A stretch of DNA of 64,000 nucleotides from a candidate division FCPU426 bacterium (lineage in GTDB: Bacteria > Oederibacteriota > JAAXVQ01 > JAUVAV01): the NCBI GenBank assembly GCA_040756875.1, contig JBFLYH010000002.1:767078-831077 (forward strand). Direction: 5' to 3'. The notes under the pieces were generated by a model. It did not search any database. It was not told the origin of the DNA and saw nothing but the letters and a program-made list of their open reading frames with translations. Position 1 is the stretch's first letter. Every line of letters starts with the position of its first letter. Shown here piece after piece: positions 9,525-17,964 of this stretch. Position numbers and translations under genes: made by a program.

Positions 9525-10073
9525 ATGGCTTTATCCAAAGCCGCGGGTGTTATTCATACCCGTACACTCCTGCGGGAAAAAGGAAAGGAAGCGGAAGCCA
9601 AACTTCTTTCCCGGCTGACCCCCGAGGAGCAGGTCCAGTACCTCGCGCTGCTTCCGGTCAGCAAGATCCCCATCGAAACCGCCACAAAAATTTACCTTGC
9701 ATCCGTGCCGATTTTGTTTCCCGATAAAACCGTTTCCCAAGGCATGCAGGAATTGGCCCGTAGCACGGCCCTGAACGACATGCGTGGCGTATACAGCATT
9801 TTGCTGCGTTTCACCACCCCCGAGTTCATGATCAAACAGACCGCCAAGATCTGGCAAACGTATCACGATGCCGGCGAAGCCACGGCGGAGCATGTCGGAC
9901 CCAAGCAGGCTTTGTTGCGCGTCACTCGCTATCCCGACCTGCCCAAGGCGTTTCTCGATATTGTCTCTGGTTACATCCTTGGCTTGTTTCAAATCAGCGG
10001 CGTCAAGAACACGCAAATGCAGGTCCGCGACCACAATCCCGAAGCGTGGGAATGGCTGGTCAGCTGGGATTGA
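9525..10073 (+). CDS. DUF2378/V4R-like protein, paralog of 1206-1766
   Basis: GVYSILLR...IWQTYHDAGE aligns with GIYRSFLK...IWRRYYDTGE; RBS AGGAGG. Confidence 0.7.
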   Translation: MALSKAAGVIHTRTLLREKGKEAEAKLLSRLTPEEQVQYLALLPVSKIPIETATKIYLASVPILFPDKTVSQGMQELARSTALNDMRGVYSILLRFTTPEFMIKQTAKIWQTYHDAGEATAEHVGPKQALLRVTRYPDLPKAFLDIVSGYILGLFQISGVKNTQMQVRDHNPEAWEWLVSWD

Positions 10074-10154
10074 GCGATGGCGCCTTTTAAAAGCACTTGC
10101 CTGAATCCCTTCCTTCATATACACTAAGCGGCTTTCAAACCTTATTGCGAACGG

Positions 10155-11999
10155 ATGATCATGCCCATACGCGAAGACCTTCGAAACATCGCCATCGTGG
10201 CCCACGTGGACCATGGCAAAACCACGTTGATCGACGCCATGCTGAGGCAGAGCGGGACGTTCGGCGACCGCGAAACCGTGCAGGAACGGGTGATGGATTC
10301 CAATCCGCTCGAGCGCGAACGCGGCATCACCATCTTTTCCAAGCACGCCTCGATCCATAAAAACGGGGTCAAGATCAACATCATCGACACGCCCGGCCAC
10401 GCCGACTTCGGCGGCGAGGTCGAGCGCATCTTGCAAATGGCCGATGGCATCCTTCTGCTGGTGGACGCGGCCGAAGGCCCCCTGCCCCAGACCAAGTTCG
10501 TCCTGCGTAAAGCCCTGGAGCGCGGCCTCAAGGCCGTGGTGCTGATCAACAAAATCGACCGGCCAGACGCCCAACCCCACGACACGCTGGATAAAATCTT
10601 CGATTTGTTCGTGGCCCTGGGCGCCACGGACGAGCAATTGGATTTCAACGTGCTCTACGGCAGTTCGCGGGAAGGCTTTGCCCGCACGGAACTGGACGAA
10701 GCCTCCCACGACCTGGAGCCTTTGTTCGCCGCCCTGCTCAAGGAGCTTCCGGGCCCGGAGGTGGCGCCCGACCAACCTCTGCAACTGCTGGTGACCAACA
10801 CTGATTATTCCGATTACCTGGGCCGTCTGGCCATCGGCCGCATTACGCGCGGTTCTTTATCCAAGGGCCAGGACGTCGTGGCCATCAATCACGCCGACGG
10901 CCGGCTGGTCCCCTTCCGGGTGACCGCCCTCTACCTGCATGAAGGCTTGAAGCGCGTGGATGCGGACCGGGCGGATGCCGGCGAAGTGGTCGTGCTGGCG
11001 GGGTTGGACGAAATTACCATCGGCGATACGGTGGCCGACGCGCTCCAACCCGAGGCCCTGCCCGGGCTGTCCGTGGACGAACCCACGCTGACCATGATAT
11101 TTTCAGTCAACAACAGCCCCTTTGCGGGGCGGGAAGGCAAATATGTCACCACCCGCCACCTGCGCGACCGGCTGTACAAGGAGGCGTTGACCAACCTGAG
11201 CCTGCGCGTGCAGGACACGGATTCGCCGGATGCCTTGCGCGTGTCCGGCCGCGGGGAATTGCACCTGGCCATTCTGATCGAAACCATGCGGCGGGAAGGG
11301 TTTGAATTCCAGGTCAGCAAGCCCGAAGTCATTCTGCACGAAGTTCAGGGGCAAAAACAGGAGCCTTTTGAAGAACTGACCATTGACGTGGCCAGCCCGG
11401 ACATCGGCGCTTGCATCGAGCGGTTGGGCAGCCGCAAGGCTGAGATGAGCCACATGGAAACCACGCCAGACGGCCGCACCCGGGCGGTCTTCAGCATTCC
11501 TTCGCGGTGCCTCCTGGGGTTCCGCAACGAGTTCCTGACCCTCACGCGCGGCGAAGGGCTTATGCACCACACCGTGGCCGGATACCGCGACTACAAGGGC
11601 GGCAGCGTGGGGCGCTCCCGCGGTGTGCTCATCGCGGACCAGACCGGCACTGCCACCGCCTACGCCCTGTTCCAGCTTTCGGACCGGGGTGAGTACTTTA
11701 TCGAGTCTGGAACGGAAGTGTATGAAGGAATGATCATCGGCGAGAACAGCCGAGACAGCGACCTGGCGGTCAACATCACCCGCACCAAACAGCTGTCGAA
11801 CATGCGCAGCAAAGCCGCGGACGAGGCGCTGACCGTGCCTCCGCCCCGGCGCTTGTCCCTGGAACAGATGCTGGAATATATTAATGAAGATGAACTGGTG
11901 GAAATAACCCCGGAATCCCTGCGCCTGCGCAAGAAAATCCTCGACGCCCTGCAGCGCAAGCGCGCCGACCGGGCCAAGGCCAGGGCCGAGGAAGAATAA
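10155..11999 (+). CDS. typA: Translational GTPase TypA/BipA
   Basis: AHVDHGKTT, ERERGITI, DTPGHADFGGEVER, GRGELHL, ELVEITPESLRLRK. Confidence 0.97.
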   Translation: MIMPIREDLRNIAIVAHVDHGKTTLIDAMLRQSGTFGDRETVQERVMDSNPLERERGITIFSKHASIHKNGVKINIIDTPGHADFGGEVERILQMADGILLLVDAAEGPLPQTKFVLRKALERGLKAVVLINKIDRPDAQPHDTLDKIFDLFVALGATDEQLDFNVLYGSSREGFARTELDEASHDLEPLFAALLKELPGPEVAPDQPLQLLVTNTDYSDYLGRLAIGRITRGSLSKGQDVVAINHADGRLVPFRVTALYLHEGLKRVDADRADAGEVVVLAGLDEITIGDTVADALQPEALPGLSVDEPTLTMIFSVNNSPFAGREGKYVTTRHLRDRLYKEALTNLSLRVQDTDSPDALRVSGRGELHLAILIETMRREGFEFQVSKPEVILHEVQGQKQEPFEELTIDVASPDIGACIERLGSRKAEMSHMETTPDGRTRAVFSIPSRCLLGFRNEFLTLTRGEGLMHHTVAGYRDYKGGSVGRSRGVLIADQTGTATAYALFQLSDRGEYFIESGTEVYEGMIIGENSRDSDLAVNITRTKQLSNMRSKAADEALTVPPPRRLSLEQMLEYINEDELVEITPESLRLRKKILDALQRKRADRAKARAEEE

Positions 12000-12017
12000 T
12001 TACTGCTTTGTCACATG

Positions 12018-15000
12018 CTATCGGATCAAAGCAAGCTTGCCTTGTTTCGCCATCGTTTCCCGTCCGCTCGCATCCTTGATCACCAAACGATAGAAATAAA
12101 CGCCTGCCGCCATATCTGCGGCCGCCCAGCGGGTGGTCAGGGTGCGCCCGTTGCCGCCATTTTGTAATTCCGTAATGGTTGCCACTCGTTCGCCGGTTAA
12201 ACGATAAATATCAATGGCCACGCGAACCTCGCCAACCGAATAATACCCAAAAATCACGCTGCCCCGGGCTGGATTCGGATAAGCCATTACCTTCCCCGCC
12301 TCAAGTTCCCATGCTGGCGTTTCAGTATGGGTCGGGGTCATCGTGCGTGTTGCTGCCAGAGTCGCGGTTAAGCTCGGAGATGGTGTGGAAGTCAAGGTCG
12401 GGCTGGCTGAAATTGTAGGGGTTGCCATGGCTGTTGGTACTAAGGTCGGTGACTCCGTTGCCGTTGGTGAATTAGTCTCTGTCCTCGTAAGCGTGGGTGA
12501 AGTCGTCGCAGTTTCTGTGATTGTCGCAGTCAAAGTCTCAGTGGGAGACTCTGTGCTGGTCGGCGTGATGGTGAAGGTGACGCTCTCCGTTGGCGTTTCA
12601 GTCATCGTTGGCGTTTCGCTGATGGTTGGCGACTGTGAGGCAGTGCTGGAAATAGTGGCTGTGGGTGTGAAGGTAGGTGGATTTTCTGAATAGATCCGCA
12701 CATAATCAAATTGAACCGCGGCCGCGCTCCCGCCCTCCACAGTCAATTGCACCGCGAACTCGCTTACCCCGCTTAATTGGGTCAACAGAGCGTAATTAAT
12801 CTTGAAGACCCCAGTTGATTTCATACTGTTAGTGATATCCCAATACCGGTACGCCCCTTCGAGCTCCTGGATGCCCAGCTTCCATCGGGTGCCAGGATTC
12901 CCCCATGGAGTATGGGGCAGAATATCCGCCACACGAACCTCAATCATGGGGTAAACATTTACATCACAATGGATGTGGGGCGAGAGTGATTTGCCCCAAT
13001 TAGATTCTGCAGTCCGCGTCAGGCAGGCATAGAACCCGTTGTTGGAATATTTCAAATTCGCGTTGAAATCGCCATTTTCACCTTCGTCTTCCCAGTCTAC
13101 CACCGGTGCTTCGTTTTCACCTGTAAACGGTTCATTAAATACATCATACGGATTGGGGGTGGGAGTAATAGTGAATGTATAGGTGGGAGTTGCTGTGGCG
13201 GTGGGCGTATGGGTGGGGGTGGGAGTATGCTCCGGACCATCGTGATACACTCGTACATAATCGACCCTAAACCAACGTCCTTCTGCTCCTTCAATGGTCA
13301 GTTGGATAACAAATTTAGCCTGGCCACTTAAATTTGTTATATCCCGGTAATTGAACACAAATGTGCCGCTATCCATGCAACTACTATTCAAATTCCAATA
13401 GCGAAAATCACCTTCCATTTCCTGAATCCCGATTTTCCAGGTTGCGTGCGGCGCCGGCGAGATTCCGGTTACGCTGATTTCCACCAGGGGATAATAATCC
13501 ACATCGCATTGAATGTTTGGAGACAACACTTTACCCCAACCGTCGGTGCTGGTGCAGGTGATCACCGTTTCAGGATCATCATAGTATTGATACGTCTCCG
13601 AATCCATCCAGGTCGTAGTCAGGCCCGCGCCGAAGTCAACCCAATCCCAGTATCCCCCTCCTCCGGGAAGAGGGACCCAAACGTTTAGTTCATTCTGCCA
13701 ATTACTATCAAAGGAGATCTCCTCATCTTTATAAATCGTGTTCGGGATATTGGTTGGAGTAATGGTTGGAGTGGAAGTGCGGGTCGGACTAATGGTAGGG
13801 GTGGGAGAGATAGTCGGCGTCTCGGTAGAAGAATAGATGGGTGAGACGGTAGAGGTGGGAGTCGCGGTCGCGGTGGCTGTGCGTGTGGGTGTGGCAGTGC
13901 GGGTCGGAGAGACCGTGGGTGTGGAGGTGATGGTCGATGAGGCGGTGGCAGTCGGAGTGGGGGTGGGGTGGAATTGAACCCATATTTTTAAATCATCCTG
14001 CCACGCGGCTGAGAACACTTCCTGATTGCCATCCGCGTCCACATCCAGGAGCGCGCCCCTGCCATCATATGAGTAATAATAATTAATTATATTATGCTTT
14101 AAATAACTCTGCGAGCCATCGTTTTCCAGCCAAGCCAAGTTCTGGTTATTGCTGCGTATTAAAATGACGTCCAAATCTGAATCATGGTCAATATCAGTAA
14201 ACAGAACATCGCCTGCACCACCGATCTCCTGGCCAAAACCTTGCCCGGTAAATTGTTGGGAGCCATCATTGCTGAACCAAGAAATATTATCACTACTCGC
14301 AAGGCATATATCCAAATCGCCGTCTTGATCAATATCCTGCATGAATATCCGGGTGGGATAAGGATACATTCCCACATTTGAGTTTATCGGCGCAAACTGC
14401 ATAGCATCATCATTGCGCAGCCAAATCACTTCATATTCAGAATTCACTAAAATATCATTATCACCATCGCTATCTAAATCTCCCACGGCTATCAGGCGGG
14501 GGTTGGCTTCCCAACTCAAAAAAGGATTACTGTTGTATTCGCTATAGATAACATGCGATGCAAATACCGCCCCCCCGTTTTGGTTTTCATAAACGAGAAC
14601 CTTTATTTCAAATCCCAAACCCAGCCATTCCGGCAATTGTCGTTCAATTCGCAAATAGATAATATCCTGGTCGCCATCCTGATCCATGTCCGCGACCAGT
14701 ACATACCCGCTGGAATCCACTGTGTTCGGGAAGGAATCAATTTGAGTATGGTTGAAAAAATTGTTTTGGGCGCTCTTCTGCCACACGGCCAATTCATCAT
14801 AAGTAACTTCATATGCTCCTGCAAACCGGTTCGCACTGATAATTTCGATCTGCCCGTCGTTGTTCAAATCTGCAGCCTGGACCGAGGTGGCTCTTTTAAT
14901 GTGTCCGGTCACCCAGGTGTCCAAGGTAATGGGATGCTTTATCATTACCTCCGGCAAACCGAAATTTTCCCACCAAACAATCGTTCCTTCCTCACCTATA

Positions 15001-15191
15001 ATAACATCTCCTAATGCCCCAATTAAATCCTGGTCGCCATCATGATCAACATCACTGACTGCGAGTTGTTGGATGGCGCTTCCTAGTTCTTCAATAATGT
15101 AAGACTGAAAATCAACCGCCGCGGCAGCACCTTTGCACCAAAATAATCCCAATGCCAGTATATTCAAAAGAATCCGCTTCACCATTTGCAT
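12018..15191 (-). CDS. Secreted FG-GAP-repeat protein with two repeated beta-rich domains, T/P linkers and a YPNP-type C-terminal sorting domain
   Basis: Signal peptide, DxDxDGDxD repeats, (TP)n linkers, duplicated WGK.LSP.I.CDV..YP..E...DYVR.Y domain, terminal AYPNP...GVYFYRL...GKLALIR. Confidence 0.85.
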   Translation of the reverse strand: MQMVKRILLNILALGLFWCKGAAAAVDFQSYIIEELGSAIQQLAVSDVDHDGDQDLIGALGDVIIGEEGTIVWWENFGLPEVMIKHPITLDTWVTGHIKRATSVQAADLNNDGQIEIISANRFAGAYEVTYDELAVWQKSAQNNFFNHTQIDSFPNTVDSSGYVLVADMDQDGDQDIIYLRIERQLPEWLGLGFEIKVLVYENQNGGAVFASHVIYSEYNSNPFLSWEANPRLIAVGDLDSDGDNDILVNSEYEVIWLRNDDAMQFAPINSNVGMYPYPTRIFMQDIDQDGDLDICLASSDNISWFSNDGSQQFTGQGFGQEIGGAGDVLFTDIDHDSDLDVILIRSNNQNLAWLENDGSQSYLKHNIINYYYSYDGRGALLDVDADGNQEVFSAAWQDDLKIWVQFHPTPTPTATASSTITSTPTVSPTRTATPTRTATATATPTSTVSPIYSSTETPTISPTPTISPTRTSTPTITPTNIPNTIYKDEEISFDSNWQNELNVWVPLPGGGGYWDWVDFGAGLTTTWMDSETYQYYDDPETVITCTSTDGWGKVLSPNIQCDVDYYPLVEISVTGISPAPHATWKIGIQEMEGDFRYWNLNSSCMDSGTFVFNYRDITNLSGQAKFVIQLTIEGAEGRWFRVDYVRVYHDGPEHTPTPTHTPTATATPTYTFTITPTPNPYDVFNEPFTGENEAPVVDWEDEGENGDFNANLKYSNNGFYACLTRTAESNWGKSLSPHIHCDVNVYPMIEVRVADILPHTPWGNPGTRWKLGIQELEGAYRYWDITNSMKSTGVFKINYALLTQLSGVSEFAVQLTVEGGSAAAVQFDYVRIYSENPPTFTPTATISSTASQSPTISETPTMTETPTESVTFTITPTSTESPTETLTATITETATTSPTLTRTETNSPTATESPTLVPTAMATPTISASPTLTSTPSPSLTATLAATRTMTPTHTETPAWELEAGKVMAYPNPARGSVIFGYYSVGEVRVAIDIYRLTGERVATITELQNGGNGRTLTTRWAAADMAAGVYFYRLVIKDASGRETMAKQGKLALIR

Positions 15192-15332
15192 GCGGCACCT
15201 GAAGATGGATTAATAAGCAAAACGTGTTTGGCTAAAGCTATAATAATGGACGAAATAGGCGGAAAATTTATTACACTATTTTAATACTGAAAACCGGATC
15301 ATGAACCCGTTCTGAATTACTCTTCTGGTTGC

Positions 15333-15812
15333 TCACCATCCGTGTATAATCACCGCCAGGGTCCAGCCCGCGCCCATGGTGGCCAAAGCGCCGGCCAGGA
15401 TGCTGCCCATGGCTTTAGCCAAGCTGGTTTTCCCCAACACCCGCCCCAAATTGCCGTAAATGACCGGCACACCGAGGATGGCGATCAAGGCCCGCCAGCC
15501 GCTATGCAGCCCGAACCACTCGATCAGGAACATATATAAGGTATTCGCGATCAAGGCGATCATGACCGCGGCCGCGATGACGCGGAGTTCGTTCCACGCT
15601 TGGGCATTCTTGATCATCCGGCCTGCCAGCCACAGCGTAGCCGCCAAAACCAGCAACCCACCCGCGATGACACCGGCGATCTGTAGAGCGCTCCAGCTCA
15701 GCCCCCACTGGTACCCCCAGCCGCCCGGCACCAGATGAGGTGTCAGCAGCAGGCCCAGGGTTAATCCCAACCCAGCCAGAAAGCCCAGCAACCCTTTCCA
15801 GGAATCAAACAT
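15333..15812 (-). CDS. Hypothetical membrane protein
   Basis: About 5 hydrophobic segments; follows the ABC-F gene by 3 bp. Confidence 0.7.
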   Translation of the reverse strand: MFDSWKGLLGFLAGLGLTLGLLLTPHLVPGGWGYQWGLSWSALQIAGVIAGGLLVLAATLWLAGRMIKNAQAWNELRVIAAAVMIALIANTLYMFLIEWFGLHSGWRALIAILGVPVIYGNLGRVLGKTSLAKAMGSILAGALATMGAGWTLAVIIHGW

Positions 15813-15815
15813 CTT

Positions 15816-17699
15816 TTAGCTCCCTTCGAGTGCGGCCAGCTTGTCTTCGAAATGCTTGGCCTTGATCTCCAGATTGCGCTGTGCCTTTTCCAGCTCCAGA
15901 TACAGAAAATCCACCTGAGCTTTAAGATCGCGGTTCTGCTTGGGCAGTTCGGCAATGGCTTTGGCGTCTCCCTGCACGGAGGCCTCGATCATCTGCTGGT
16001 TGTTCTGCCCCAGTTCAACTTCCAGGCGTTCGATCATCCGTTCCAATTCGTGCACTCGCGCTTCCAACGGGCGCACCGTTTTAGATTTCTCCTGGATCAG
16101 CTTCGCACGGGCCTGGCGCATTTCCTTGGGCTTGGCGGCTTCCGGCATCTTCGTCTGATCCGGCGGTGGGGCCGCGACGGTTTCCGGCAACGCTTCCTTG
16201 TCCGGATTGCCCTCATCCTCCCAGCCGATGTCATCCAAGAAGGACTGATAGGTGCCGTTGTACAAGCGGACGCGGTTGCGGTCGAAAATGATCAGCTTCT
16301 CGGCCAGGGTGTGCAAAAAGACTTCATCGTGGGTGACGAACACGATGGACCCCTCGAAATCCTGCATGGCGTCCAGCAAGGCTTCGCAGCTTTCCATGTC
16401 CAGGTGGTTGGTCGGCTCGTCCAGAAGCAGCAAGTGCGCCGGCTTGAGCAGCAGCTTGCCGAGCAGAACCCGGCTTTTTTCTCCTCCGGAGAGCACCTCG
16501 ATTTTTTTTAACGCCAGGTCTTCGCTAAACAGCATGACGCCGCAAATGGTCCGCGCCCGCTCGCGGTTGCGGTTGGGTTCGGCTTCGATCATTTCCTCTT
16601 CAATGCTCTTCTCCGGATCCAGGCGCAGGACGTTGGTTTGGCCGAAAAAAGCCGTCTCCAGTTTCGGATGCCGGCGGATGCCTCCGTGGGTGGGGTTCAG
16701 TTCTCCGGCCAGAAGCCTCAACAGCGTGGATTTGCCTTTTCCGTTTTTGCCGATCACCGCAATCCGTTCCCGCCGGCCCAGGTGGAATCCCAGGTTTTGG
16801 ATCAGCCAGGGCTGCCCGTCTTGGTAGCGGAATCCGAGATGCTGGGCCGAGAGCATTTCCTGGGCGGGGAATTCCTGGCTCGTAAAGGCGAAATCCACTT
16901 CTTCCAGCCTTTCCAACTGCTCCAGCTTGGGGCGCTTGGCCAGGGTTTTAATGCGTGATTGCACCAGGCCGGCCAGGCGAGCCTTGGCTCGGAAGCGGTT
17001 GATGAAAGTCTCGATCTCTTTCTCCCGGCGCTCGGCCCTGACGCGCGTTTTTTCATGGATCTCCTCTTCCTGCAGCAGTTGGGAATATAGCTTGGCCGTG
17101 GATCCCGGAAGTTTGCGCACCCGCCGGCGGTGGATGATCATGGTGTGCGTGGTCACGCTGTCCATGAACTGGCGGTCATGGGTGATCAGGATGAATTCCC
17201 GCTGCCATTGGCGCAGGAATTTTTCCAGCCAGCGGATGGACACGATGTCCAGGTAATTCGTCGGCTCATCGAGCAGCAGCAGGTCCGGCTCGGACACCAG
17301 GGTTTTGGTCAGGTTGAGCCGGATCTGATAGCCGCCGGAAAATTCCTGCGGCGGCCGTTCCAAATCCGGTTCCGTGAACCCCAATCCGAACAATATTTTT
17401 TCCACGCGCCAATGGTCGTCTGACTGGGCCGGCGGCAGGCCCAGGCAGGCCTCGGCCAGCAGCGTGGGCTGTGAGAACGACAGGTGCTGTTGCAGATAAC
17501 CGATGGTATATCCCCGCGGCAGGCTGATCTCCCCGCTATCCGCTTCCTCCTGCCCCAGCAGCAGCCGGAATAACGTCGTTTTACCGCTGCCGTTGCGGCC
17601 CACCAACCCGATCTTTTCTCCCGCGTTGACATTGAAGCTGACTTTGTCCAGCAGCAGCTGCGCGCCATAGGCTTTGGTCAATTCAGCGATTTTAATCAT
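15816..17699 (-). CDS. ABC-F family ATPase
   Basis: Two ABC domains (GRNGSGKT/FSGG/LDEPTNYLD; GKNGKGKS/LSGG/LDEPTNHLD), C-terminal coiled coil, no TM. Confidence 0.92.
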   Translation of the reverse strand: MIKIAELTKAYGAQLLLDKVSFNVNAGEKIGLVGRNGSGKTTLFRLLLGQEEADSGEISLPRGYTIGYLQQHLSFSQPTLLAEACLGLPPAQSDDHWRVEKILFGLGFTEPDLERPPQEFSGGYQIRLNLTKTLVSEPDLLLLDEPTNYLDIVSIRWLEKFLRQWQREFILITHDRQFMDSVTTHTMIIHRRRVRKLPGSTAKLYSQLLQEEEIHEKTRVRAERREKEIETFINRFRAKARLAGLVQSRIKTLAKRPKLEQLERLEEVDFAFTSQEFPAQEMLSAQHLGFRYQDGQPWLIQNLGFHLGRRERIAVIGKNGKGKSTLLRLLAGELNPTHGGIRRHPKLETAFFGQTNVLRLDPEKSIEEEMIEAEPNRNRERARTICGVMLFSEDLALKKIEVLSGGEKSRVLLGKLLLKPAHLLLLDEPTNHLDMESCEALLDAMQDFEGSIVFVTHDEVFLHTLAEKLIIFDRNRVRLYNGTYQSFLDDIGWEDEGNPDKEALPETVAAPPPDQTKMPEAAKPKEMRQARAKLIQEKSKTVRPLEARVHELERMIERLEVELGQNNQQMIEASVQGDAKAIAELPKQNRDLKAQVDFLYLELEKAQRNLEIKAKHFEDKLAALEGS

Positions 17700-17840
17700 T
17701 CTTTCCGTCCCTGTAAAAAATTGGTTCCCATTATACTCATTTTTCATTTAGCTGGAAGCAGGTTCAGGAGCTCTCGCACATTTCATTCACGTTGAACAAA
17801 AACGCACGCCGGGAAAAGAAGGTCTTGAAATCAATTAAAA

Positions 17841-17888
17841 AATCAATATCTTGTGGTATGATACTGAGTAAAACCTCATATATAGTGT
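17841..17888. promoter_or_regulatory. Tandem NrdR boxes
   Basis: AATCAATATCTTGTGG (17841-17856) and ACCTCATATATAGTGT (17873-17888) resemble acaCwAtATaTwGtgt, 32 bp apart, upstream of an RNR gene. Confidence 0.8.
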
Positions 17889-17905
17889 ATATTCAGAGTA
17901 TTTGC

Positions 17906-17934
17906 TTGACACCCCACGGTCCCCGGACTAAGAT
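17906..17934 (+). promoter_or_regulatory. sigma70 promoter of nrdJ
   Basis: TTGACA-17bp-TAAGAT. Confidence 0.75.
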
Positions 17935-17964
17935 GGCTTCCCTTATCCTGTGTGGAGGTCAGAA

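Noticed and set aside
12310-13975. Repetitive GT-rich tracts as a possible CRISPR or tandem repeat array
   Set aside because: They encode Thr/Pro linkers; there is no constant repeat-spacer structure and no cas gene
17700-17964. Cobalamin riboswitch upstream of nrdJ
   Set aside because: No B12-box motifs; the region is explained by NrdR boxes and promoters
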